From Cetorhinus maximus (taxonomy: Eukaryota), in the NCBI RefSeq assembly GCF_964194155.1, contig NC_135880.1, positions 172,980,001-173,044,000 on the forward strand: 64,000 nucleotides of DNA, written 5' to 3'. Below are positions 37,780 to 50,625 of this stretch, piece by piece (the first letter of the stretch is position 1; every line of letters begins with the position of its first letter). Made by a program: the position numbers and the translations under genes. The notes under the pieces are model-generated. The model worked only from the letters and a program-made list of their open reading frames with translations. It was not told the DNA's origin and searched no databases.

Positions 37780-38095
37780 ATGAAAGGTATTGGATCTACT
37801 GATCCATGGACAGCACCAAGATTGGCATTCGAGCCTTGGATGGGAAAAGAAAATTACAATCAGATCCAGTTACGATGAGACAATGGGCTCATGTCCAGTT
37901 GCTGCTGCTGCTTGTAGCTACTCCTACCAGGAGACCTGCTGTTATGGTATGTCACGCTCCTCTGTCTTGCACCATCCTCACATCCACTGTCGCTTGTCTG
38001 TAACTGCTTTGTGACGTCCATCCTCCAACTACGCTGAGGCCGACCCCTCTTTCTGCAGCCCTCCACTTTGCCTCTAGAAGTGTTCTCTGCTTTCA
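37780..38095 (-). mobile_element. RTE-clade LINE 3' end fragment
   Basis: EGCRKRGRPQRSWRMDV C-terminal motif. Confidence 0.55.
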
Positions 38096-38524
38096 GCCCT
38101 GATCAAATGGCTGAAATTTGACATTTTCTTTTCTGGATGTCACTTTTTAGAGTTCTTTTTTGCTCTTGCAAATTCAAGTTCCTCTTCATTTGTCTTATAG
38201 CCTGTTTAAACATATGTCGCAGTATCCACAGCATGTCCAGCAAATATTCAATATTGATAAGTGCCAATGTAAAGGATATACAATTCAAGGCTCCAAACTA
38301 AAGTCCATTAAGCAGCAAAGAGAATGGTGCACATGTGCCTCCAGAGGTTGACAATCATTGCTGCAAGGTTACAGTAAAGGCTAATAGACTTCTGAGAGGT
38401 ATTGCTCTTTTTGCCCCTACACTGTTAATTCTGGTGTGCCCCCAAGGTTCTACCTTTGGCTCCCTCCTATTTATCATCCACATACTGCCCTTGGTGATAT
38501 CATTCGAAAACACAGTGTCAGTTT

Positions 38525-39821
38525 TGTTAGGAAATAGAGATGGTTGAAGTAAGTTACATTTGTATTTGTGGGCATTAGGAATGAGATTTTGCTTTAATGT
38601 TTAAGTTTAATTTGTATTTCTGTATCTGTGTGTTAAGAAAAGGTCAAATTGAGTTTTAGTTTCACTTTAAAAGGTGCCAGCATTTCTAATGAAAGTTTTT
38701 AGGACTGTGGCAGCTAAGTTAAACAAACAAGACTAGAGAAACTAGGCTGTTGCCAAGCAACAGTGGTCCAGAGGGGCAGGTCCCTCCCACAGACACACAC
38801 AGAAAACTAAAGAAACAACAGTTTTGACTTCAGTTTGAAGGCAGGACTCCAGCGAGACTGGACACTGGGACGGGCAACTGCAGAGTGAGAGCAGATTTTC
38901 CAAAAGGGCTAAAATATCCCAAGGCCAAAGGAAGGAGACAGAAACAGGGGACAGTCCCAAGCAGATCTTCTCGTCAAAGGAAGGAAAGGAACCTGAAAAA
39001 GGTGCTGTTAAGTGAAGTTAAGAATGAGGGGCAGAGAGAAAGGCTTTAAGCCTCAGATTTAAAGAGACAAAAGCTGCAGAAAACAAATTTAAAGCAAGAA
39101 CAGCTTGCAAGAGGCCAGGAGGTCCTCTGTAACTCTTTGCTATGAGCATGTGAAGCAGCGGCGTACTGTTGACAGCTGAGTCAGTGAGTGAGAGTGCATG
39201 GAAGACAGCTTGAAAGCATGTGGTGACACAGGGGAGAGGAAGGTCGGAAGGAGAGTTAAAAATCCTGGAGGTGAATCCTTGTAGAAGGCATCTGAGAGAA
39301 AGTGTTAGTTTGGGAGAAGGCTGCAAAGTGAGTTCTTGGAGAGAGGAGATTGGAAACCCTTGTGTGAAGGATGGAGTTCAGTGAGACTGGTTGATTCATG
39401 GTGGGACAAGCACCTGGGGGGAGTTGATGGGAGATCCCTAGCATTTGGTTGAGGTGGCTTTTGTCACTTGGCTTTAGAGTGTGGTGTGCCTGACCACAGG
39501 TCACCATAGGATTACATAGACTATGTACTTACTGTGAACATTACAGTATAAGATAGGTTTTAAGTTGTGTTATGCTTACAAATCTGTATATATCTGTAAA
39601 GGTATAGTTGTAGGTGAAGGAGTATTGTAATATAGTTCAACTTTTCTTGTTTAATGAATGTTTAATGCTTTCATTAAAAGTTCATTAGCTGACTCCTGTC
39701 ATTCTGTTCAGTAGCCCCTCTCCACGTATCTAAACAAACAAATAAAAGTTAGGATCTATCAAGCTGGGTCCCATCCTGGGACTAGGCTTGTCCAGGGGTA
39801 ATCTCAGCTGGGATCATAACA
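38525..39821 (+). mobile_element. Solo LTR, family B
   Basis: TGTTAGG...ATAACA with AATAAA near the 3' end. Its ends are homologous to 8493-14789. Confidence 0.78.
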
Positions 39822-39831
39822 GTGCCTACTT

Positions 39832-40650
39832 TGTTATGACCACGTCAGATGTTACTTGCTGAGCAAACCAAATCCCAGGGGGAAAATTGGCTTACGGGCC
39901 ATACCTTTTCTTTTATATTCTGAAAATGGGAAGGAAACATGCTGATCTCAGGAGCAAGAAGTCCAGCAACACTTTTGGGATTTTTAAAAATTAAAAGTAA
40001 AAGTTTTATTAACAATAAGAAAAGAAAAGTTAAGCACACAAGATTACAGTTACACAGTTAAAGTTAGTCTACAAAACATTCCCCCCAAAAGACTCCCTAT
40101 TTGGTCAGACCCACAAATAAACACCTTCCAGGCAATACTCCACTAAAATGACCCAAGGCAAATTGCTGTAGCTTTAATAAAGACATACCACATGACCTTT
40201 TAAGCTCTTTCACTCTGCTATGGAAATCCAAGACTTCAGAACAAGACTGCTTTTTGCAGCACAAGGCTTTTCTGGCTTGGCTGGATGGCTGATTCAAGCT
40301 GCATCTTCTCCCAGCCTAGAGCTGTTTCCAGGAGATCTTCCTTAAACAGCCAACAGCCAACCCCAACAGCCAACAGCCTAGATCTCCACAGTGACTCTAA
40401 AATACCTCCCCCCTACTACCCATTCATCTCAGATTCCATTGTTCACACATCCCTTTGAAACTCAAATCATTCTAAATATAAAATCTTTCATGTTTCTTTT
40501 TTGCCTCTGCTTTCAGGTCAATAAAATGTAATATACCCTCTTCGGTTTACCCATGGAACTCCTGTAAGATGCAAAAATGTTTCTTGGCACCTCTGACTTC
40601 CCTTTGATATTCAAATTCAACTTATCTAAAATTGCAAATGTTAGATCCAA
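39832..40650 (-). mobile_element. LTR fragment related to family A, truncated
   Basis: Starts tgttatgacc...aaatcccagggggaaa like the family A terminus; AATAAA on the minus strand. Confidence 0.6.
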
Positions 40651-41554
40651 CCTATTTCGTAAACTTGAGCAATCCAAAATTCTGCTGTCCACGTCTGAAT
40701 TTACACCAAGTCATGTTCCCCCAGCACTACTCTGCTCACTGACCTACATTGGATGGTTTAATTAATGTCTAGATTTTAAAATATTCTCATCCTTGCTTTC
40801 AAATCCTTTCATGGTCTTGCCCCTCCCTGTCTCTGTACTCTTCTTCAGTCCCACAACCATCTGAGATACCTGCACTATACCAATTCTGGCCTCTTGAATA
40901 GCCTCAGTCATAATTGCTCTACTATTGATGCCTGTGCCTTCAGCTGCAAATGCCCTAATCTCTAGAATTCTCTCCAAACTTCTGCGCCTGTTTTCCAATC
41001 CTTCCTCCTTTAAGATGGTCCTTAATCCCTACCTGTTTGGCCATGCTTTTGGTTTCTACTCTAATATTTCCTGACATGACACCGTGTTAACTTTGTGTTT
41101 TGCAATGTTCCAGTGAAGCACCTTGGACGTTTTGCTGTGTTCAAGGTGGCGTATAGAGAAAATTGCTGTTGTTGATCAAAATAAAACAAAATCATAAAGA
41201 TTAAAAGTAATGAATTCCTTTTGTGCCTACCGAATGTCACTTGGAAATCATACCCAAAGGTTTTTGAGCTAGTGTCAATGACAACTGAAGTGGATTAACT
41301 ACTGGGAGTTATCTTTTCTTTAATTATCATTTAAAGCATTGGAATCCCCCAATGGCTGAGTAATACAGTGAGTATCTGAGCTAAACAAAGCAGGAAGGAC
41401 CAGATATGATTGCAGCTATAATGTATCAGTGGACCTTGATGCTCATTGATAGGAGTAGATCGAATTGGACTTGGTATAGGCGGAGATAGGCAGGCAGGGC
41501 TTCACTACTGATTACTATACAGTGATCCCTGTCAGAAATGTGTGTGTGTGTGTG

Positions 41555-42155
41555 CTGGGCCCGGGAGCGGTCGGGAAACAGACCGACGACCGCGATCAGC
41601 CCCCGAACGCTGGCTAACCAATTAAAAGCTCAACGCTACCAGGGTGGGGGCAGGATGAGGGCGGGCAATGACGTTTCCGCAGGTGGGGGTGAGCTCTAAG
41701 AGAAAGGTCTCTAAAGGCAGAGAGCTCCCTCAGGGAGAGCTGCCTGATATCCATGAAATAAAGTTTTGAAAATCAGGAAAGAGATGTCCCTGCATCACAA
41801 TCAGGCACCTGAACATATACATGATAAAAATGCTGTCCACAGATTTTAATTTTTATTTTATTTAATAACGGAAGCCTCCCCCTGCCCTTGGATGAGGTTT
41901 GATGAAAAATGCAAAGCCTGCCTGGCTGATTTGCCCTTCCGCCAACTGTAAGGTTGGATGGTCCACGAAAAATTGGAGACAATTGCTCTGTTAATGGACT
42001 TAATTGCCCCTTAATTGTTGGCAGGCGCACTTCCAACTTTTGTGCACACCCACCGAGCAAAATATCACGCAAGTGCAGCATGACGTCGGGATGCTGACCC
42101 GATGTCTTCTCGCGTGATTTTACGCCCGATCGGGTCAGGTGCGTACCCGCTCGCG
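41555..42155. mobile_element. Harbinger-derived MITE running into the assembly gap
   Basis: 42100-42155 is the reverse complement of the left arm of Harbinger H2 (cgcacctgaccc..gcgtaaaat..gagaagac). Confidence 0.85.
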
Positions 42156-42286
42156 NNNNNNNNNNNNNNNNNNNNNNNNNNNNNNNNNNNNNNNNNNNNN
42201 NNNNNNNNNNNNNNNNNNNNNNNNNNNNNNNNNNNNNNNNNNNNNNNNNNNNNNNNNNNNNNNNNNNNNNNNNNNNNNNNNNNNNN
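42156..42286. other. Assembly gap (run of N)
   Basis: 131 consecutive n characters. Confidence 1.
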
Positions 42287-44779
42287 TGTGTGTCTACGTG
42301 CGTGTGTGTGTGTGCGTGTGCGAGGACATCAGCTGAGGAAAGGATCAGGATTTGCTGGGATGCCTGATTGGATGCCTGAGAGTTTGTTTTCGTAGCTCAC
42401 ACAGAAAGGACCACTACTTGAATGGGATACCAGAAGGAGCCATTCAGCCATGGGAACTGTAGCTCAAAAAAAAATCAACCCCATCAGGATAGGAAGTGGG
42501 GGTGGCAGAAGATAGTAGGAAGAAAAGGTGGAGGAATAATGTTTAAGGAATTTGTTTTGACAGTACATAGGATTTACGGCACAGACACGAGCTATTTGGC
42601 TGCATTTGTCTGAGCCGATTCTTATTATCCACCCAAACCTCCTCCCACCCTATTCATCTAATTCTGTCAGCATAACCTTCTGTTCTTTTCTCCCTCCTGT
42701 ACTTATCCAGCTTCTAATTAAATGCTTCTGTGACATCCACCACCCCAGGACCTGCCCACACCACCCCCGCCCCCCCCCACCCCCCACCCCCAATTCCATG
42801 TTCTAGCAAGTTCCACATTCTCACCACTCTCTGGACAAATAAGTTTCTCCTGAATTTCCCTTTGGGTTTATTAGTGACTATCTTATTTATGACCCTAGCT
42901 TTAGGCTTTACTTGGTTTCAATCCAATCTCATTTTGCACTGATTGCCACCCCTCTGTAATAATGGTTAACCAGTGTAAGGGGAGTGTTATGTTGGTGATA
43001 CATCATCCCTAAGAGCTGCACACTGTGAACTTATTGATTTTAAAGAAAAACTGGTACATTGGTAATAGCCAGAAAAGGTGGCTGAATCATTTTAATTTTC
43101 TTACAGTGTGAGAACGATTCAGAATTTCAGATGTCTAAAATCCACTGTATTTTCCTGCATGATCACCTTGACAGCTCATCACGAGTTATGTTATCCCCCC
43201 CCCATATTTTGGCATTTAAGACGCTGATTGCTAATTCACATTACGGCTAGACAACTTGTTACGTGCTGCGTGCAGGCAACTGATTGCAAAACATTTTCTT
43301 ACCTTCTTTGTCTTTGTTTATCTGTGTACATATGCCAGCAACAACCTTCAATATCTTCAGACAAAGCAGGCCCTCCGTGGTGCACAATAAGCTATTACCC
43401 GCTTTCCCTCAAAGGAGGAAGCATACCCACATTAATTACCTTAGTTCCCTTGAATATTTGGACATTCATCTGCTAATACAAATCTCATCCAGGCCTGCTA
43501 AATGATTCTCACTAATTGCAAACATATGCAGATGGTGCCCTTCAGATTTTCATATAAGCAGGCCAACTTTTCGCTTTCAGGCAGTCTCCTCACATTGCGC
43601 ACTTACATTCCGTAACCTGGTTTGGTGATAAACGACTGCGATAAGTCACTTTGAAATCTGTGAGCTAATGATATTCAACTTTTAGCTTTCACGATTATGT
43701 TTCCAGAATCAACAGCATAGCAGCCCAAACACACAAGATCCCGTTAGACTCACTAACTGGCACAAGTTTGTCCTCTGCTAACTCACTGAAGGCACAATCA
43801 TCTTCCTGGAGTTTTACATAGACCTTTCTTGCTTATGTGTAAAGATGTTTGCTCCAAGTGCTTTCAATTCGAGCAATCCAGATTTCGTTCCAGTCAACAA
43901 ATAACTCAAAGTGTCAAAACTCCAGTGGTTTTTTTTTGCACACTGGAGCAAACTTACATTTTAAGAAATAAATGTGTTTCCATTCTTCCCGATTTTGTTC
44001 CTAGATGAAGGAATGTCCAAGAGACAGAGAAACCAGTCTGTTTATCAGATCATCCCCACTGGTTAAAAATTAATGAAAAATTCAACAATGCTGGCTTTAA
44101 CACATGAGCCCAACTAATTCTTGATAAATTGTCCTATTAACCACATCTTCCCTAACCTTCATTTACGACACTAATTAATGCTGGAAATAGCTAGTCTTTG
44201 TAGCTCTGAGAAATTAAGGCTGGTCAAGAAATGAAGTCTAGTTAAGTCTATAGAGGCTTGCTCTAAGCACCATTTAATTTCCTTCTCCAGTGAAGGCCAT
44301 GGAGAGAAAATTTGTCAGGATGCGTAACAAGTATCCAACTCCAACAGTCCATTTTCACAAGGCAGGTTAGGCTAAGATCGGGGATGATAAACCCAAAAGA
44401 CAACACATTTATTTAAGATTAAAACATTGATGGTTTATAATCTGTAGACTGCTAAACCCCATTAGGTACTTTATTTATCATTGCTGGTATCCTTCCATCT
44501 TTTTAAGGTGATGGGGGCAAATCCACTGGGGATGGAATAGCTTCATGTGCTGCACTTTTGCAGTTGGCTGAAGTGACCAATCCATGAGGAGACGTTTTCT
44601 GCATATGAGGTGGTCACCGGTGTGGCTGTGGGTTGTTTTTTTTTGGTGTTGGCACCTGTCACCATTAATGCAGCTTTATGTGTTATTTTTAGGGGAATGC
44701 AATTGCATCTGGCTACAGAAAATGCCATTTTACACCTCAGAATTAACAGACATAGTATGATATCAAAGTGATTGTTGTA

Positions 44780-45197
44780 CTCTCAGATGGGCAACCATGA
44801 GCTCAAGCCCCAGTCCAGCGATTTTGGTGCAAAATCTAGACTCACACTCCAGTGTAGTACGGAGGGAGTGCTGCACTGTCAGAGGCGCTATCTTTCAGGT
44901 GAGCCATTGAACTGAGACCCTCTCAGGTGGGCATAAAAACCCTAGGGCATTGTTTTGAAGAAGAGCAGGGGAGTTCTTCCCGGTGTCCTGGCCAATATTT
45001 ATCCTTCAGCCAACGTAATTAAAACAGATTTATCTGGTCATTATCACGTTGTTGTGTGTGGGACGTTGCTGTGCACAGAGCGGCTGCTATGTTTCCCACA
45101 TTACAATGACTTCAATTGCACATCATTGACTGTAAAGCACTTTGGGATGCCCTGAGGTCATAAGAAGCACTACATAAATAAAAGTTCTTCCTTTCTT
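44780..45197 (+). mobile_element. Deu-domain SINE (SacSINE1/AmnSINE1-like)
   Basis: gagggagtgctgcactgtcagagg..tctttcag..gaagaagagcaggggagttct..cggtgtcctggccaatattta core, with an L2-like tail tgtaaagcactttgggatgccctgagg. Confidence 0.78.
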
Positions 45198-46851
45198 TAC
45201 AAAAAATGAAATGTGCTCACACAGAGCAGGTTGGATAGGATGACAATTTATTTCTGGGCATAGAGGAACAAACAACCTATGAAAACAGATGTATAACATG
45301 TGCTTTGTCCATCTCATGTGTCACTAGACACAGGAAGTCTAAGAAGAAGAAAAGGTTTAGAGGAATAATAGTGAAACAAGATGGCACTGAAACCATGGTA
45401 AATACCAGACACATTGTGGTCAGATTTCTGCAAGTGGCATGACAAGGTCTTATTTTCTGAACTTCCCAATTAATCCACCTGGGTAAATGCATCATGTTGT
45501 TAGCTATTGGGCCAGAGATAGCAAAATAAAAATCCCAGATTTGATACAGATCTATAGTAGGCAAGGGAAAAATAAAAGGAAATTGGAAAAGGTGATTCAT
45601 TTTGTGAAGTTGGTTGTTAGATATTATTTTGTGCTGGCAGAAAGAGCGAGGACCGAGGCTGATGTACCACTGAAATTGCTTCAAATGATGGTGGTCGAAA
45701 CTCATTCACCAACACAATGACTCAAACATCGAATGATCAGGAAGGTGAGCAGAAAATATGAAGCACAGTGAAACCTGTGAAAAACGGACACTCCCAAAAA
45801 ACATACTCATGCCAAAAATGAATGTTTTATGAGAGACACAAAAACTGACATGGTAAATTATGAAAGAGGCACTTTGAAACCTTGGGCATCCACAAACTAG
45901 GAACAATAGACTGCCTTCAGTGCCCTTTTACAACTTAAAACACAGGATACAAGATGTTGCAAAGCTGTGGTATCAGGAGCCTGCAAGGAGCACTGATCCG
46001 TTGCCTTACAGCTCCCTTCCTTTCTTCCCTCAATTTCTCATGAATTCAGTGTCTGCCGGTCAGCATCAGGTAGCAATGAGTTTTACGAAGGAAACAGCTT
46101 GTAGGCAATGGGGAGGGTTTCACCCAGCATCCCTAGCAGCAGAGAAATTGCCCTATCTCTGGGGCCCTGTCCCACGATACAGTGGTTTCTCTGTCACAGT
46201 GGATACTGGGTAAAGAACTCCACACTGTACTAAAAATGTTCACTGTATATACAATGACCATCTTGAAAGTAAGGACGCCTGTAAAAGCAGGATACCGGGT
46301 GTCAGTCCATAGAGTGTCCCTAGTTTACACAGAAAGGGCAGAATTTTACATCGCGGGCGGGTGCGCACCTGACCCAGTCAGGCGTAAAATAGCGTGAGAA
46401 GACGTCTAGTGAAGCGTCCCATAGTCATCCCGCACGAGTGCAATCTTCAGGTCGGTGGGTGCGTTCAGTTGTCGGAGCCGTGCCCACCGTCAATTAAAAG
46501 GCCAGTTAAGGCCATTAAAAACCCAACTGAACTTGATTTTATGTTTCCTAGGCGATTTCGTGCCAGTCGCACAGGCAAAACGGGCAGGCAGGGAGCCCAC
46601 ATTTTGCAAAACCTCATCCAAGGGCTGGATAAAAAGGGTCAGCAGCATTGCCAGTGTGAATAGTGAGGAGTTTAGGAGATAGTTTGCTGCTGGTTGCTTA
46701 TTTGAACTTGACAGCTTCATCTCTGTTCTGAGTTTCAGTCTTTGCATTTCTAGGCTTCATTTCAGGGCTCATTAGTGTCTCCAAGGCTCCTGGGAGGATT
46801 TTGACCATGTGGCCCCTTCCAGGTATCAGACAGCCTTCTGTTATCCTGGTA

Positions 46852-48053
46852 ATGAGGATTGTGCTCTCCACTAGTGGCACCTCCTGTGAGGAGGAAGAGA
46901 GGGGCAGAAGGGAAAGGAGGCCAGGTGTCCCAATGCAGCTTCCAGGGGAGGGACCTGTGGGAGGACAGGCACAGGCACAAGGGGCACAGGGCCTGCAGGT
47001 AGTCCAAGGTGGAAGAGGCTGCAGAAGACGCCACTATCCTGCTGCCAGGGTTTACAGGCGGCGATGCAGCTACCTCAATATGTCTGAGATGCAATGCCGA
47101 AGGAGGCTCTGCCTCTCCAGGGAGACAGTAATCTCCATCTGTCAGATGATTGGGCCTGAGATCAGCTCCGACTGTGTGGGTGCCAGTGCCTCTGAAGGTC
47201 ACAGTGGCCCTCACATTCTATGCCTCCGGCTCTTTCCATGGATCAGTGGGGGATCTTTGTGGAGTGTCCCAATCAGCTGTCCACAGTTGTGTCAAGCTGG
47301 TGACAGAAGCTCTGTTCAGGCGGTTAATGACATTTATTCATTTCCATACAGACGAGGCCAGCCAGGCTGAGCGATTGCTGGCTTCCCCCGCGTCCAGGGT
47401 GCTATAGACTGTACACATGTGGCCATCAAGGTTCCAGCAGGTGAGCCTGGTGCCTTCGTCAACAGGAAGGGCTTCCACTCCATGAATGTGCAGATAGTGT
47501 GTGATCACAGGATGCTGATTCTGCAAGTCTGTGCAAGGCACCCAGGCAGCTCCCATGACGCTTATATTCTGACACACTCCCAGGTGCCGAGACTCTTCAG
47601 TGCTCCAGCCCAACTGGATGGATGGCTGCTGGGCAACAAGGGATATCTGTTGAAAAGATGGCTCATGGCGCCTCTGCCAAAGAACAGAAGCAGAGCAGTG
47701 TTATAATGGGAGCCATGCCTCCACAAGGTGGTGATAGAGAGGACCATATGTCTTCTAAAGCTGCGCTTCCGATGCCTGGACCATTCAGGGGGACCACTCC
47801 GATACCCCCTCCGGATTGGGTGTCACTGATAGTGGTCGCATGCTGCGCTCTCCACAATCTGGCACTGGCAAGGGGGGACTCACTGGAGGAAGAGGATCCT
47901 GAGGCAGCTCCACAGGCCACAGAGGATGAATCCAGCAGTGAGGCAGAAGAGGGGCACGGTGAGGAGAATGCTGGGGACGTGGAGGCAGACCTCGGTAACC
48001 TCCAGGGAGGCAGAGACACCAGGGATGCCTTGATCCAACGCTCCTTCAGCTCG
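46852..48053 (+). pseudogene. Harbinger DDE transposase (HARBI1-like family), frameshifted
   Basis: FYASGSFHGSVGDLCGVSQS, GAIDCTHVAI, FVNRKGFHSMNVQIVCD, HPGSSHDAYIL, GWLLGNKGY and CCALHN motifs across ORFs 46801, 47150, 47419 and 47622. Confidence 0.93.
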
Positions 48054-48364
48054 GCTGCCAAAGATCTGCTTCCTGCTCATGCCAGGGTGTCTGAAATGAC
48101 CCTTTCATTTGAACCCAAAGTCCAGTCAGTGCCTGTGCAATAAAGTTTAAAGCCGTTCACGTCCAGCATTACACACTGGCGTACCCAGCACCAAAAAAAT
48201 ACAAAGGTGAAGCATACTCAGGCCATTACAACAAAAACAAAATTTATCTCATTTTGACAATCCAAAAAAAATTAACATAACCTTCTCTGGTGCTCATTTC
48301 CAAACCAGTAAACATAAACAAAACATTACGCAACAGAGAATCACCCGTGGCCAGTCTCTCTTGT

Positions 48365-50625
48365 ACTCATCGTGCCTTAAACTTACCGTCTGTGAGCTTT
48401 ACATCTTGGTGCCCCCTCCCCCTCACTGGCAGCGGCTTTGGAGGCAGCCTGTTGACTCTGCTGTCTTGTTGGCCTTGATGACATTGGCAGTCTTCCTCTG
48501 GCCAATGGAGCCTGTGCTGGCCCCGCCTGGAAGGGAGAAGTCAGTTCCACATCTGCCATCTCCCCAGTCATCGCAGCCTCATCAGCTGCCACGGTCACTG
48601 GCAGAGGGGCAGAGTTGCTGCTGCCATCATCCAGAACGCCCTGAGAGGAGCCCGCAGAGATGACAAGCAGCTCATGTGCCAACGTGAGGTCGCTTTGGAC
48701 CTCCCTGCTCGCCATTGATGGACAGAAACCTCGCTGGGTGCCTCATCCATCTCCCACACTGGCACTGACCACCATTTTTTTTATTCATTCATGGGATGTG
48801 GGCTTCGCTGGCTGGGCCAGCATTTATTGCCCATCCCTAGTTGCCCTTGAGAAGGTGCTGCCTTCTTGAACTGCTGCAGTCCATGTGGTGTAGGTACACC
48901 CACAGTGCTGTTAGGAAGGGAGTTCCAGGATTTTGACCCAGCGATAGTGAAGGAACGGCGATATATTTCCAAGTCAGGATGGTGAGTGACTTGGAGGGAA
49001 CTTCCAGGTGGTGGTGTAACCATCTATCTGCTGCCCCTGTCTTTCTAGATGGTAGTGGTCATGGGTTTGGAAGGTGCTGTCTAAGGAGCCTTGGTGAATT
49101 CCTACTGTTCATCTTGTAGAACATATGCACTGCTGCTACTGTGTGTCAGTGGTGGAGGGAGTGAATGAGGTCATTGTCTGTGTGAGGGTTTGCAGGTCCG
49201 AACGTAACACCAGGAACCCCTGATTCTGTTCCTGGAGCTGCCTCTCTATGAGAGTGGCCACTCTCTCAATAGAGGAGGCAGTGCGCTTGGCCATGAGGGT
49301 TAACATAGTGCTCAAACTCCGCATGGACTACTCCACAACAGAGACCATGGCATGCATACCCTCATGGATCTCTGCCAGATGCTCCCACACACCCTGCTGG
49401 ACATCCAGCATCTGCCTCCAAATAGACAACTCCAGAGGCTCTTCACCTGCCATCGACTCAGCATCGTCCTGGTCTCCAGCAGTCCTCCAACTGCCAGCAC
49501 CCTGGGCACTCTCTGCCTCTGCCTGTCCCTCAAGCGAGTGTGAAATGCCCTCACCACTGTACACCGACATTCTAGCCGACGATCTAACACCCAGCGAGGT
49601 GCTGGTATTTGCGCTGATGCCTGCTTCAGAGTGTGTGTGACACAGGTGCATGTGAAGCCTGGCGGTCCTCTGGCGTCAGGGGCGGCTCTTTGGGGTCCTG
49701 CGATTGGGTGTGTGCTGGCAAATCTAAGGGAGAACAGCAACATTGCGTTAGTTTAAGTCATCACACTGTCACTGTGCATGCCAGGCACCCTCGTGAGACT
49801 GTGGAGATCTGCATCGTGGTGCAGGTCAAGTGGCAATGATCAATGTGGAATCCAGTTTTGAGGCTCCCATCAATGATGAGACTACACAAGAATGATTGCA
49901 CCATCTGACACTCTCACCTCTGTGCACTGCACTCTTCCCTTTGTCTGACACCCCAGCCTCTCCGCAGATGGTTACCCAAGGTGTGTGGCGCCTCTCCAGC
50001 TCCAAGGCTCAAATCTGGGTAAGATTAGGAGGTTTGGGGGCTTCCACCTGTCTGCGACCTTTCAAAGTTGTTGTGGCTCACCTTCTCCTGAAAGGACAGA
50101 GGAGAATCGATTCATCCCTTCTCTAGCTACAGCGCCATTGCAGCCTGGCCAACCCCAGCTGAGAAGCACCTTGCAGGGCACATCCGAGTCATAGTCCTCA
50201 AGCCGCAAGGCACTCAGACCAAGCAGCCAGGGCTCACCCCCTTGGCCAGCTCCGACGTCATTGACAGTTGGCACTCAGACTCTAACACCCCTGAGCTCCA
50301 CGGCGGGGGGGATGGCCAGGCCTTAACACTTCAACATGCTGATCCATGCCAGCACGGTACTCACCCTTCCTGAGCACAGCAGGTCGTTCAACCTTTTGTG
50401 GCATTAAACCCATGTGCGTCGCATAACTTCATGGCTGCTGACCTGGGTTGCCCTTCCCAAACACTTTTTGTTCGGTGTGGTGGCCTCCTCCTTCCATCTC
50501 TGGGAATGAGGGTGTCTCTCCTGGCAGCCACCTCCTCCAGGAGGACGGTGAGGCCCTAATCCAAAAGCCGGGGAGGCCGAGTGCCCACCCGACCTGCCCT
50601 CCCGCCTGGCGTCTCCAGCCCCACT
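48365..50625 (-). pseudogene. Harbinger Myb/SANT-like gene, multi-exon, interrupted by a LINE
   Basis: Exon 1 LTVLLEEVAARRDTLIPRDGRRRP..KRLNDLL with donor gtgagt at ~50363; coiled-coil-like IWRQMLDVQQGVWEHLAEI and IERVATLIERQL; C-terminus GAPR. Confidence 0.75.
48776..49167 (-). mobile_element. CR1/L2-group LINE 3' end inserted in the H2 Myb gene
   Basis: Reverse complement of 36120-36510 with a poly(T) tail at 48776. Confidence 0.88.

Larger units (their letters stand above)
38420..41170 (+). mobile_element. L2 LINE relic interrupted by two LTRs
   Basis: GVPQGS.FG.LLF.I..LPLGDIIRKH at 38430-38520. It resumes at ~40660 with QNSA..LTDLHW..FKILILAFKS and an L2-like tail. Confidence 0.7.
41350..42440 (+). 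mobile_element. Old SINE-like repeat whose (TG)n tract was hit by a MITE
   Basis: ...actatacagtgatccctg..tgtgtgtg | tgtg..ggacatcagctgaggaaaggatcagg appears to continue across the MITE and the gap. Family recalled by eye only. Confidence 0.45.

Noticed and set aside
42102-42395. ORFs spanning 42102-42395 and 42139-42336
   Set aside because: Artefacts of reading through the N gap.
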